Assembly (NCBI GenBank): GCA_963705855.1
Contig: CAVPLA010000011.1
Coordinates: forward strand, 18,247 to 82,246
Direction: 5' to 3'
DNA length: 64,000 bases
From: an uncultured Acidobacteriota bacterium
GTDB lineage: Bacteria > Acidobacteriota > Terriglobia > Acidiferrales > UBA7541
The notes below the pieces were generated by a model. It was given only the letters and a program-made list of their open reading frames with translations. It had not been told where the DNA came from and did no database searches. The translations under genes were made by a program, and so were the position numbers. This document shows positions 49,801 to 59,788 of the stretch, one piece after another. Numbering within the stretch: position 1 is the first letter of the stretch; every line of letters starts with the position of its first letter.

Positions 49801-51212
49801 GAAAACAGAGTTTTGAATTGATCTTCGGTCCAGCCAGCACCAGCGGCGATCCGCTTGGGTTCGCTTGTGGTTGCGCTGTGCGTCGCGGCGGAAAACGCGA
49901 GGTGCCGCGGCGGCGGCATGGCGTTGCGCGCTTGATGCATGGCCAGGCGCTTCAGGATTTCGCGCCAGCGGAGGAAAAGGCCGGTAGCAGGATTGGCGAG
50001 AATCATTTCACCAGGGCCGAGGCGCTGGCGTTCGGCGATGCGGGATTCTTCGAGATCGATCAGGCCAGTTTCGGAGCCGGCAATCAGGAGGCCGTCGTGC
50101 GTTAGCGTATAACGCAGCGGGCGGAGGCCGTTGCGGTCGAGCTTGGCGCCGACGAATTGGCCGTCGGAAAAGATCAGAGCCGCGGGGCCGTCCCAAGGCT
50201 CACTTTGCTGCGAAAGCGAGGTCAGGGCTGCACGGATGTCGCGGGAGAGGAGCGGGTCGTTTTCAAACGCCGGTGGAACCATGGTGAGCATAGCTTCATC
50301 GGGGCCGAAGCCTTCGAGGAGCTTTAGCTCGAAGGCGTTGTCGAAGCTGGCGGAGTCGCTGACTTTTCCTTCCAGGGGAATGAACCAGGAGCCGACGGTC
50401 AAGCGAGCGCGGAGTTCGCGCTGTTTGGCGCGGAGCCAGCGGCGATTCGAGACGATGGTGTTGATTTCGCCGTTGTGGGCGATGTAACGGAAAGGCTGCG
50501 CAAGATCCCAGGAGGGTTGCGTGTTTGTGGAGTAGCGCTGGTGGAAGATGGCGAAGGTTGTGGCGAACGAGGCGTCGCGGAGATCTTCGTAAAATTGCGG
50601 GAATTGCCAGGGCGTGAGTAGGCCTTTGTAGACGACTGTTTGGGAGGAGAGAGAGCAGAGATAACAGCGCTCTGGCAGAAGCGATTCGGCACGTTTGCGT
50701 AGGAGTGCGAGCTTCCACTCGAAGCGCGAGACGCCTCGGCTCGCGTGAAAAGGCGCGACGAAGAATTGCCAGATCTCGGGCATCGTTTCGAGGGCTTTGC
50801 TGCCGAGTGAATTTGTGTTGGTGGGGACACGGCGCCAGCCGAGAACCCGAAGGCGCTCGGTGTCGGTGGCGGTTTCAACCGCAGCACGGGCGTCTGCGGC
50901 TGCGCTAGTGGGGAAAAATGCGAAACCTAGCCCGAATACTTCAGGCAATTCGATGCCCTGCTCCTGCGCACGGGCACGGAAAAACTCGTGTGGCAGGGAG
51001 GTCAGCAGGCCGGCGCCGTCGCCGCTGGCGCCATCGGCGTCGACACCACCGCGGTGGGTCAGACGTTCTAAGGCTGTAAGTGCAATGTTAACAATCTCAT
51101 GGCTAGCGGAACCGCCGAGGCGCGCGACAAAACCCGTGCCACAGGCATCGTGGTCAGGGTGGCCCCAATTGGGGTGCCGATCGTGCGGGGATGGCACGCA
51201 CCGTTGATACAT
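46848..51212 (-). CDS. gltB: glutamate synthase large subunit
   Basis: Ntn amidotransferase start ...HDACGTGFVA. FMN/4Fe-4S central domain and C-terminal GXGXG beta-helix (HGCEYMTGG). 1454 aa. Confidence 0.93.
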   Translation of the reverse strand: MYQRCVPSPHDRHPNWGHPDHDACGTGFVARLGGSASHEIVNIALTALERLTHRGGVDADGASGDGAGLLTSLPHEFFRARAQEQGIELPEVFGLGFAFFPTSAAADARAAVETATDTERLRVLGWRRVPTNTNSLGSKALETMPEIWQFFVAPFHASRGVSRFEWKLALLRKRAESLLPERCYLCSLSSQTVVYKGLLTPWQFPQFYEDLRDASFATTFAIFHQRYSTNTQPSWDLAQPFRYIAHNGEINTIVSNRRWLRAKQRELRARLTVGSWFIPLEGKVSDSASFDNAFELKLLEGFGPDEAMLTMVPPAFENDPLLSRDIRAALTSLSQQSEPWDGPAALIFSDGQFVGAKLDRNGLRPLRYTLTHDGLLIAGSETGLIDLEESRIAERQRLGPGEMILANPATGLFLRWREILKRLAMHQARNAMPPPRHLAFSAATHSATTSEPKRIAAGAGWTEDQFKTLFSALIHGKEADWSMGDDAPPAFLSTLPRTLWDYCKQRFAQVTNPPIDPLRETHVMSLDVHLKDGVTLPGPLLKAGQLDELSEFFGPVHRMDMTFSSALGVPGARCSVAQLSSTPLSSSGRPGLLLLSDRGLNAENAALPALLATAAVWKAMVRESLWDVPLIVESAQVFDTHHVALLVAAGASAVVPYLADEFAESLEPGGADRMRIAITAGLRKVLARMGVSTLASYRNSHLFEIVGLSEDLCADFFEDAADYPGSKTLDDLFADYVRMHTTAFSPASPELADAGLYRFRKGAELHATSPEVVRRMHAHVRAPEAGKFAAFEELSEHQGTVFLRDLLETVPGTPVPVEEVESTNTILRRFSTQAMSLGSLSPEAHRTLALAMNLIGGRSNTGEGGEDPNTYRFEPAAANKIKQVASGRFGVTADYLVHAEELEIKMAQGSKPGEGGQLPARKVTEYIARIRHATPGTPLISPPPHHDIYSIEDLAQLIHDLRAVNPSARIGVKLVSGAGVGIIAAGVAKAGADVITISGHNGGTGSSPLTSIKNTGLPWEIGLRETHDTLVRAGLRSRVSLRVDGGLKFSRDIIVAALFGADEFGFGTASLLAIGCVMARQCHLNTCPVGIATQDEKLRTRFNGKPEMVAAYFRSLAEEVRNRLAQLGAHSLSDLTGWYDRLSARSGMDPLLIVPMSESGRVAPHQSPALHAAAREDALHLSAAFELQTESQPIQNSDRSVGAGMSGELMRRRRPGSQHRPLVEEITKEFHGSAGQSFGAFLADGISLALSGEANDYVGKGLSGGTIAISASSAASRRGDVLAGNTVLYGATSGRLFVAGRAGERFAVRNSGALAVVEGVGQHGCEYMTGGVVLVLGPLGLNFGSGMTGGLSYVLRGEADEVIHRDFVALSEIDAQEEAWLRSVLEEHMRFTASPRASRLLSRRGVLPFLRVQPIHFQGTLEATWEPLLARLKPREVIFSPPHSVAFTRAPLPA

Positions 51213-51308
51213 ATAAGTTTATTAAGCTGGTGGCGTCTGAATGTACAACGCAGAATTTGCATTTATCAAATCGGTTTTGTGGGGAAGGAGATTCTAAGCT
51301 GTGGATTA

Positions 51309-52715
51309 TTAAAACTTTGTAACTTCCGAAAAGCGAAAATCGTGGACCTTCATCGCAGGGACCACCATTTCGAAGGCTTCTTCACCCGTGGCGCGGACGG
51401 CGGGACCGAGTTGCTCGACGTTGCGGAGCATCTCCAGGATGGACTGGTTAAAGCGGAAATTGCGGACGGCGGTAGTAACTTTGCCCTTTTCGACCAGGAA
51501 AAGGCCGTCGCGGGTCATGCCGGTCATAACTTTTTCGTAGGGATCGACTTCACGGATATACCAGAGGCGGGTGACAAGCAGGCCGCGGCCTGTGGAGGCG
51601 ACCATTTTTTCTACGGAGGAATCACCGCCAGCGAAGACCAGGTTCATCGGGGCTTCACCATATTCGTTGGGAAGCGCGAAACCCTGGCCGGTGGGCTTTT
51701 TGCCGGCGGATTTGGCAGTGCTGCGAGCATAGACGAGATTTTTCGGAACGCCGCGATCGACTAGAAGAACCTGCTGGCGCGGGATACCTTCGCCGTCGAA
51801 GGGTGCGCCGAGTTGCAGCGGATGGTAGGCGTCATCGGTTATGGAGATGTTTTTGCCGAAGAGCGGCTTGCCCATGCGGTCGTTGAGGCATGAGCGCTTG
51901 TCTTGAAGGGCGGTGGCGGCGAAATCGTAAAAGAGAAATCCGACGAGATCGAGGACCGCAGCAGGTTCTAGAATTACCGTGTAACGGCCCGGCGGGAGTT
52001 CGCGTGCGTCAACCGCCATGTGCGCTTTTTCGCTGGCGCGCTGGGCGAGTTTTTGCGGATCGAAAGCGCGGACGCTGGCGGCGTTGGCTTTGGCCCAGCT
52101 TGCGGCGGGATTTTCTTGCATGGTGATAGAGAACTCAGCGTGCGTTTCGCGGTAGGCGGCGAAAAGTCCGCGCGAATTGCCCATAGCAGATTGCTGCAGG
52201 CCGCTGGCGAAAATGCCCGCGGCAACTTGGCCGTTTTGGATGGCTAGATCGCAGGCGCGGCGGACGGCGCGGGCCCGCTCTCCCGGCGTGAGAGCAGCGG
52301 TTTCTTTTGCGAACCGATTTACCTTGCGATAGCGCTGTTTGCCGGGCATAGAAAGCAGATGAGGATCTTTCGGTTGGCTGTGCGCTAGGGACAAGGAGGC
52401 TTCGATTGCTGCGCGGAGGGAGTCTTCGTCGACGCGATTTGTTGTGGCGCGCGCGGTGCGGTGATCCACGACGGTACGGATGGAAACATTAAGGCTGCGC
52501 TCGGCGACGTTTTGGTGGATGGCGTTGTTGGCGAAGCGAGTGAGAGAGTCAGCGGTTTCGTCGACGTGGACTTCGATTTCCTCGGCGCCGGTGGATTTGG
52601 CGAGGCGAAGAACTGTGTCGATGATGCGGCGCAATTCGCGTTCGGGGAACAATTGCACGGAAGACACAGCGCTGTTACCTGACGGTGATTTCTTGGAACC
52701 GAGCGCGGTGGTCAT
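51309..52715 (-). CDS. pmbA: TldD/PmbA family metallopeptidase (PmbA/TldE-like)
   Basis: Family-typical segments and a C-terminus MVVPAMKVHDFRFSEV. The ATG at 52715 overlaps the tldD stop (ATGA). Confidence 0.85.
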   Translation of the reverse strand: MTTALGSKKSPSGNSAVSSVQLFPERELRRIIDTVLRLAKSTGAEEIEVHVDETADSLTRFANNAIHQNVAERSLNVSIRTVVDHRTARATTNRVDEDSLRAAIEASLSLAHSQPKDPHLLSMPGKQRYRKVNRFAKETAALTPGERARAVRRACDLAIQNGQVAAGIFASGLQQSAMGNSRGLFAAYRETHAEFSITMQENPAASWAKANAASVRAFDPQKLAQRASEKAHMAVDARELPPGRYTVILEPAAVLDLVGFLFYDFAATALQDKRSCLNDRMGKPLFGKNISITDDAYHPLQLGAPFDGEGIPRQQVLLVDRGVPKNLVYARSTAKSAGKKPTGQGFALPNEYGEAPMNLVFAGGDSSVEKMVASTGRGLLVTRLWYIREVDPYEKVMTGMTRDGLFLVEKGKVTTAVRNFRFNQSILEMLRNVEQLGPAVRATGEEAFEMVVPAMKVHDFRFSEVTKF

Positions 52716-54172
52716 TGGTTTGAAAACGCCGAGCCGATTTTGACGTTGCGGAAACGCGATGGCGCTGCGCCGTGGCCCGTGCCCATGGTTTGCATCGGCT
52801 GGCCCTTTCCGCAATTCGGCGTGCCCCAAAGCGTCCAATGATCGCGCGAACAAATCGCGTCGCAGGAATTCCAGAATTCGGTGGTGATGCCACTGTAGCT
52901 GGGATTCTTGAGCATGCGCGTTTTTTTGCCGTCCTTGATCTCCCAGCCAAGCTCCGTTGAAAACTGAAACTGGTAGCGGCGGTCGTCAATGGACCACGAG
53001 CGGTTTGTTTCCATGAGAATGCCGTCGTCCGTATCGGAGATCAGATCGTCATAATTCCACGTGCCGGGGTTGAGGCTGATGTTTGTCATTCGAATGATGG
53101 GTAGACGATTCCAGCTTTCCGTGCGCATGGTGCCGGACGAGCGCTTCAAGCCGATGAGATGCGCCGTTTCGCGGTTCGACAGATAGCCGCGAAACTGGCC
53201 ATCTTTGATGATGTCCGTGCACTGGGCTGGGACTCCCTCGTCGTCATAGGCAAAAGTTCCAAGCCCAGGGCCATGATCGGGGCGGGCGTCGGCGACGACG
53301 TTGACGATGTCCGAGCCGTAGCGCAACTTGTTGAGCTGATCGAGAGTCAGAAAACTTGTGCCGGCGAAATTCGCTTCCTGGCCGAGGACTCGATCGAGCT
53401 CGATGGGATGACCAACGGATTCGTGAATCTGCAAGCCGAGCTGGCTTCCGCCGAGAATCAGCGTGCCGGTTTTCTCGGGACATTGTGCCGCGGAATGGAG
53501 CGCGGCGGCTTCTTCGCCGACGCGCGCTGCGTGCTTCAGCAGTTCAAGAGACTCGACAAGCTCGTAGCCTTCGAGAGCATGTTGGCCGCCGAAGCTGTTT
53601 GGATAAGAGCGCTTCTGAATCTCATCGCCCCGGAAAGAAGTAGCGGCGATGCCGCAGCCGGTGATCAGCTTGCGTTGGTGAATGCGTGAGCCGATGCTGG
53701 AAGCAAACCAGGAATCAATTTTGCGGAATTGCATTCCGGTTTCGGTGAGAGTGACGCCCTTCACGCGGTGCATTTCGGCGTCGGCGGCGAGCAGCAGAGC
53801 GAGTTGGTTCTCTAGCGGGAGTTCGAACGGATCTTTGCGAAACGGGCTTTGCCAGCTATCGACGTAGGCGGCTTCCTCAACCATCACCACGTCACCGCGC
53901 TTCGCGAGTGCGGAGGCTTTGGCAATCGAGACGGCTTGTGCGGCGCAGGCAGAAACGCCTTCGCGCGTGAGCCGGTCAGTGGACGCGAATCCCCAGGCGC
54001 CATTCGCTAGCGCGCGGACGCCTACGCCGATGGATTCGGATTGGGCCAAAGTGCCGACTTGGCGGTTTTTCGTAGTTAGGTCGCGCTGGCGCAGATGCAT
54101 CATGCGGACGTCGGCATACGTTGCGCCGCGGAGGCGGGCCGTGTCGAGCGCCTTGGTGCAGAGATCCCACAT
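52712..54172 (-). CDS. tldD: TldD family metallopeptidase
   Basis: GATYADVRMM..., HESVGHPIELD (HExxxH-type motif) and GTPNCGKGQP. The start MWDLCTKALD is at 54172. Confidence 0.88.
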   Translation of the reverse strand: MWDLCTKALDTARLRGATYADVRMMHLRQRDLTTKNRQVGTLAQSESIGVGVRALANGAWGFASTDRLTREGVSACAAQAVSIAKASALAKRGDVVMVEEAAYVDSWQSPFRKDPFELPLENQLALLLAADAEMHRVKGVTLTETGMQFRKIDSWFASSIGSRIHQRKLITGCGIAATSFRGDEIQKRSYPNSFGGQHALEGYELVESLELLKHAARVGEEAAALHSAAQCPEKTGTLILGGSQLGLQIHESVGHPIELDRVLGQEANFAGTSFLTLDQLNKLRYGSDIVNVVADARPDHGPGLGTFAYDDEGVPAQCTDIIKDGQFRGYLSNRETAHLIGLKRSSGTMRTESWNRLPIIRMTNISLNPGTWNYDDLISDTDDGILMETNRSWSIDDRRYQFQFSTELGWEIKDGKKTRMLKNPSYSGITTEFWNSCDAICSRDHWTLWGTPNCGKGQPMQTMGTGHGAAPSRFRNVKIGSAFSNQ

Positions 54173-54207
54173 GAAAATCCGTTTGCTCCTGAAAAGGGAA
54201 ATTTGCG

Positions 54208-54938
54208 TTAATTGACGGGGGATTGCGTGATGTCCGTCAGGGCGAGCTTTTGTCCGTCCCAATGATAGACGAAATTGCTCGTGCAATCGGCATCGCCACA
54301 CTTTGGCGCGTCCGGTGCCCAGAATAAGTACCGCACGATTAAACGGCCCTTGTCAATTTCTATGCGCCAGGGACCTCGAAGATTCTGTGGCAGGTCTTTG
54401 CCCTTGAACTTTGCCCCGTCCTTGAGCTTTTCAAGCGGGAGTTCGATGATGTCGCCGGACTTCAGTTGCTTAAAGACAGCGAAGAGGTCCGGCCCTGCCT
54501 GCCCTGCTTGGCACGAAAAGGCCGTGACAGCAGCTTCTTCGTATCCGTCGCCATCCAAATCGCCGAAGACGGTGTCTTCGATTTCCACGGGCTCGTCCCT
54601 CAAGGAGCCCTTGCACACGGCTTCCATCGCGGCCCGGCCACCGAGATCCTTGCCAGCACGGCGGTCATGGGCTCATCGAAATCCGCATTCCGAATAGCAT
54701 GTCGAGCAAATTCTTCATCGACACTCAAGCCTTCGCTAGCTTTGAGCAACGGCGGCGGCTTGAGTGAATTTGGCGCGGTCGATTCGTACATTGCAGGAGC
54801 GGGGCTGGGGCTACTCTGCTTTGCAGTGGCGGGAGATTCAGCTTTCTTGCAGCCCGACGTAATTGTGGCGCACAAAATAAGTGGGAGACCCAAAGGGAAA
54901 GCAGCTAAGCGGATGTAGGCCCGGTTCGCGCCGCTCAA
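54208..54938 (-). pseudogene. DGDG-motif lipoprotein paralog 2, apparently frameshifted
   Basis: The signal/lipobox segment (M)SGANRAYIRLAAFPLGLPLILCATITSGC starts at TTG 54938 and is in the frame of the upstream gene. The conserved domain (54208-54627, GDLDGDG ... FVYHWDGQKLAL) is in a different frame. The switch must lie between 54600 and 54673. Confidence 0.5.
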
Positions 54939-55640
54939 TTTCCGTTCTTCTCCTGGGGGGATGTCCACGATGCGGTCGAGAACGAGTTGATGGCCATCCC
55001 AGCGAAATACAAATTTTCTTTGGCCGCCTTCGGAGCAGGCTTCGCATTCGTCCCCTTTGTAGACCGGATAGATCTCCACAAAGCGGCCATCTTCGATCTC
55101 CCAGCGAACGTGGCCGCGAAGGCCTTCGAATGGGTTGCGGCCTTTGAAAGTATCGAGAATCTGAGCAATTGGAAGTCCGACGAGTTTGCCATTTAGTTGC
55201 AGCTTCACGATTCCCGAATAGTCGACGCCCGCTGAGCCCGACATACAGGTAAAACCTTGATAGAGGGCTTCGTCTTGGCCATCGCCGTCTACATCTCCGT
55301 ATTGAATATCGACGCTGCGAATCGGGTCCTGTCCTTCCGCGCACTCATCTTTCAGGTTTTCGAGGTTGGGATCGAGCTCGCTGTAATGTTGGGTTACGAA
55401 GTCTTCGACGTCGACGTCGTGAATGGTCTTGGTGGATTTGACGGGCTGAACAGCGGGGTTAGTTGGAGAGGACTGTGTTGCGCTTGCCGGGGCAGGTTGC
55501 GTTGGAGTGGCGGGGGTGGTGGCGATGGAGGCTGTAGTGTGTTTGGCGGCGATGGGGGGATCAGAGGTCTTGCGGCAGGCCGCGCCGGAGAGACACGTGA
55601 GGAAGAAAAGAACGAGATTTTTGTCCAGGCGGCTATTCAT
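54600..55640 (-). CDS. DGDG-motif exported protein paralog 1, reading through into the signal peptide of paralog 2 as sequenced
   Basis: Signal peptide MNSRLDKNLVLFFLTCLSGAAC. The domain runs GDVDGDG ... FVFRWDGHQLVL. No in-frame stop occurs until 54600. Confidence 0.6.
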   Translation of the reverse strand: MNSRLDKNLVLFFLTCLSGAACRKTSDPPIAAKHTTASIATTPATPTQPAPASATQSSPTNPAVQPVKSTKTIHDVDVEDFVTQHYSELDPNLENLKDECAEGQDPIRSVDIQYGDVDGDGQDEALYQGFTCMSGSAGVDYSGIVKLQLNGKLVGLPIAQILDTFKGRNPFEGLRGHVRWEIEDGRFVEIYPVYKGDECEACSEGGQRKFVFRWDGHQLVLDRIVDIPPGEERKLSGANRAYIRLAAFPLGLPLILCATITSGCKKAESPATAKQSSPSPAPAMYESTAPNSLKPPPLLKASEGLSVDEEFARHAIRNADFDEPMTAVLARISVAGPRWKPCARAP

Positions 55641-55830
55641 GGCTTTCTAGCTGGAAGAGAGGTGAATGTTTGCCTGCTGCTATTTTAGCGTTTCGAGATG
55701 CGGTAGTGTGTTGGAAGCGGGGATGAATTGACCAATTAGGCAGCGTGGGGTGGCTCGAAAAGAAAATGGGGCGCGGTTGATTGCGCCCCGAAGTGAAAGA
55801 CAAGAGGACAGACAGGAGTGTCCGTCCTAC

Positions 55831-57198
<1,368 letters not shown>

Positions 57199-58389
57199 CT
57201 AACGGTGTGCGCCTACTTCCACAGTGGCCGCCGCACCGAGGCCGGCAGCCTTGCGCAGCGCATCCGCGCGATCGGTGCGCTCCCAGGTAAAGCCGGGGCC
57301 GCTACGTCCGAAATGGCCGTAAGCAGCGGTGTCCTTGTAGACCGGACGGCGAAGATCGAGCGCTTCGATAATGCCTTTTGGCGTCAGTGAGAAGTATTCG
57401 CGTATGAGCGCGGTGATTTTCTCTTCGGAGACAGCCGCCGTGCCGAAAGTCTCGGCCATCACGGAGACGGGCTCGGCTACTCCAATGGCATACGCAAGCT
57501 GAACTTCCGCTTTGCGCGCCAGACCTGCCGCAACGATGTTTTTCGCGATGTAGCGCGCCATGTAGCAGGCGGAGCGGTCCACCTTCGAGGGATCCTTGCC
57601 GGAGAAAGCGCCGCCGCCGTGGCGGCTATAGCCACCATAGGTGTCGACGATAATCTTGCGGCCGGTCAAACCCGCGTCACCCATTGGCCCGCCGATGACG
57701 AAGCGCCCAGTGGGATTGATGTGATATTTGGTTTTGCTGTCGAGCATCGCTTGAGGAATGATAGGGCGAATCACATGCTCGGTGACGGCATCGCGCAGGT
57801 CGGCGTTGGACACCTTTTCGCTATGCTGCGTGGAAATGACTACGCAATCGACGCGAACCGGTCGGCCGTCGCGATATTCGATTGTCACTTGGGACTTACC
57901 GTCGGGACGAAGAAAATCAACTTTCCCGGACTTGCGAACTTCAGAGAGGCGCTGCGTGAGGCGGTGGGCGAGCTGGATGGGCATGGGCATCAGTTCAGCG
58001 GTTTCGTCGCACGCGAAACCGAACATCAGGCCCTGGTCCCCTGCGCCACCGGTATCGACGCCCATGGCGATGTCCGGCGATTGGCGCTTAACGGTGCACA
58101 TGACGGCGCAAGTCTCGGCATCGAATCCGTATTTTGCGCGGTCATAGCCGACGCCCCGAATGGTGTTGCGGACCAGCGTGTCGTAGTCAACGATCGCGCT
58201 CGTCGTAATTTCACCGGCAACTACGGCAAGGCCCGTGGTGACGAGCGTTTCGCACGCCACGCGCCCTTTCGCGTCCTGCTTCATCACTTCATCGAGAACT
58301 GCATCGGAAATCTGGTCGGCAATCTTGTCCGGATGGCCTTCGGTGACAGACTCCGACGTAAACAAGAAGTTTCGTAAGGCTTCGCTCAA
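57199..58389 (-). CDS. metK: S-adenosylmethionine synthetase
   Basis: [44 protein letters not shown] start at 58389 lies 8 nt after GGAG. The nearby ATG (58396) is out of frame. Confidence 0.93.
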   Translation of the reverse strand: MSEALRNFLFTSESVTEGHPDKIADQISDAVLDEVMKQDAKGRVACETLVTTGLAVVAGEITTSAIVDYDTLVRNTIRGVGYDRAKYGFDAETCAVMCTVKRQSPDIAMGVDTGGAGDQGLMFGFACDETAELMPMPIQLAHRLTQRLSEVRKSGKVDFLRPDGKSQVTIEYRDGRPVRVDCVVISTQHSEKVSNADLRDAVTEHVIRPIIPQAMLDSKTKYHINPTGRFVIGGPMGDAGLTGRKIIVDTYGGYSRHGGGAFSGKDPSKVDRSACYMARYIAKNIVAAGLARKAEVQLAYAIGVAEPVSVMAETFGTAAVSEEKITALIREYFSLTPKGIIEALDLRRPVYKDTAAYGHFGRSGPGFTWERTDRADALRKAAGLGAAATVEVGAHR

Positions 58390-58591
58390 GAGACATTCTC
58401 CTTCGTGAACCGCGGCGGTCCGGCCGCCAAGACATGCTATTCACAGTGTGTTGGATTAACCTAACAAAAGTAACATCGCAAGGTCCAAGAATCAACGCAT
58501 TGAGCTTAAATGAGTTATACGTGCAGCGAACGGTCGAAAATAAGGGGTGAACGGCGCCCGGGTGCACTGGACGGCGAGGGGGCGAAGGGGT

Positions 58592-59750
58592 CTAGGCAGC
58601 GTCTTCGTCGTCGTCCAGCTGAACATCCAGCTTCCCCTTGATCTTCTTGGCCATCAGGTAGGAGCGGATGAACGGGTCAATGTCGCCGTCCATGACGCGG
58701 TCTACGTCTCCGGCGCTGAACTTGGTGCGGTGGTCTTTGATCATGCGGTAGGGCTGCATGACGTAGGAACGAATCTGGCTGCCAAAAGAGATGTCCAGCT
58801 TAGTCTCGTCGAGCTTGTCGGTGTGGGCCTGGCGCTTTTGAATTTCGAGGTCGTAGAGGCGGGAACGCAGCATCTTCATGGCGAGTTCGCGGTTCTTGTG
58901 CTGGCTGCGTTCCGCTTGGCAGCCCACCACAATGTTGGTCGGGATGTGCGTGATACGGACGGCGGTCTCGACTTTGTTTACGTTCTGGCCGCCCTTGCCG
59001 CCGGATCGGAAAGTGTCCACGCGCAGGTCTTCGGGACGAATGTTGATCTCGATTTTGTCGTCAATCTCCGGAATCACAAAGACAGAAGCGAACGAGGTGT
59101 GGCGTCGCGCGGCTTGATCGAAAGGCGAGATACGCACGAGGCGGTGCACACCTGTCTCTCCTGTAAGAAGACCGTATGCGTTTTCCCCTGCAAATTGGAT
59201 CGTCGCGGACTTGATACCCGCTTCTTCGCCGGGAGTTTCGTCCATCACACTTGCGCTGATGCCTTTACGTTCCGCCCAGCGGAGATACATGCGCAGGAGC
59301 ATGGAAGCCCAATCCTGCGACTCCGTGCCGCCGGCTCCGGGCTTAATGGTCATGATGGCGTTGAGGTGATCGGTTTCGCCGGAGAGAAGCGTCCTGGTTT
59401 CGAGTTCGCCGACATAACTCTCCGCGGCCGTTAGCTCGCGGTCGAGGTCTTTCAGAAGATCGTTGCGCTGCTCGGCGTTGGTTTCTTCCTTCGCGAGGCT
59501 TACGTAAGTCTCGATGTCTCCGGAGATGGATGTGAGCTTATCGTCGGCGGCAATTTGTTCTTCAGCGCGCTTGCGGTCACGCAGAACGGCTTGCGCCTCT
59601 TCCTGGTTGTTCCAGAAATCGGGTTGAGCGACGCGGGCTTCGAGGGATTTCAGACGTTCGCGGTATTGCGGCGCGTCAAAGATAACTCCGGACGAGCGCG
59701 ATGCGTGGCTTGAGGCTTTCGTAGCGGAATTGGAGGTCTTCGAGAATCAT
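58592..59750 (-). CDS. prfB: peptide chain release factor 2, with programmed +1 frameshift
   Basis: Frame 0 reads MILEDLQFRYESLKPRIALVRSYL then TGA (59678-59676). The +1 frame continues DAPQYRERLKSLEARVAQPDFWNNQEEA... into the 253-aa ORF, which carries the SPF and GGQ motifs. Confidence 0.92.
59675..59681 (-). promoter_or_regulatory. prfB +1 frameshift site CUU UGA C
   Basis: The minus strand reads CCGGAGTTATCTTTGAC. The slippery CTT and in-frame TGA followed by C, with an upstream GGAG, mirror the E. coli prfB site (..GGGGGUAUCUUUGAC). Confidence 0.85.
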
Positions 59751-59788
59751 GTCGTGTCCAGAGAGCGTCCCGCTGCTTGGTGGAGACG

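Noticed and set aside
54935-55192. 85-aa and 168-aa alternative-frame ORFs inside lipoprotein paralog 1.
   Set aside because: They are overlapping out-of-frame ORFs. The 85-aa frame is relevant only because its TGA marks where paralog 1 would terminate after a 1-nt change in the C6 run.
58390-58591. SAM or SAH riboswitch upstream of metK, and in the metK-ahcY spacer at 57112-57198.
   Set aside because: I could not match SAM-I, SAM-II, SAM/SAH or SAH consensus cores. Only a short GGCGG-ccgga-CCGCC hairpin lies near the RBS. A covariance-model scan would be needed to exclude a divergent class.
57619-59434. Two long plus-strand ORFs (252 and 295 aa) over metK and prfB.
   Set aside because: They are antisense shadows of two highly conserved housekeeping genes.
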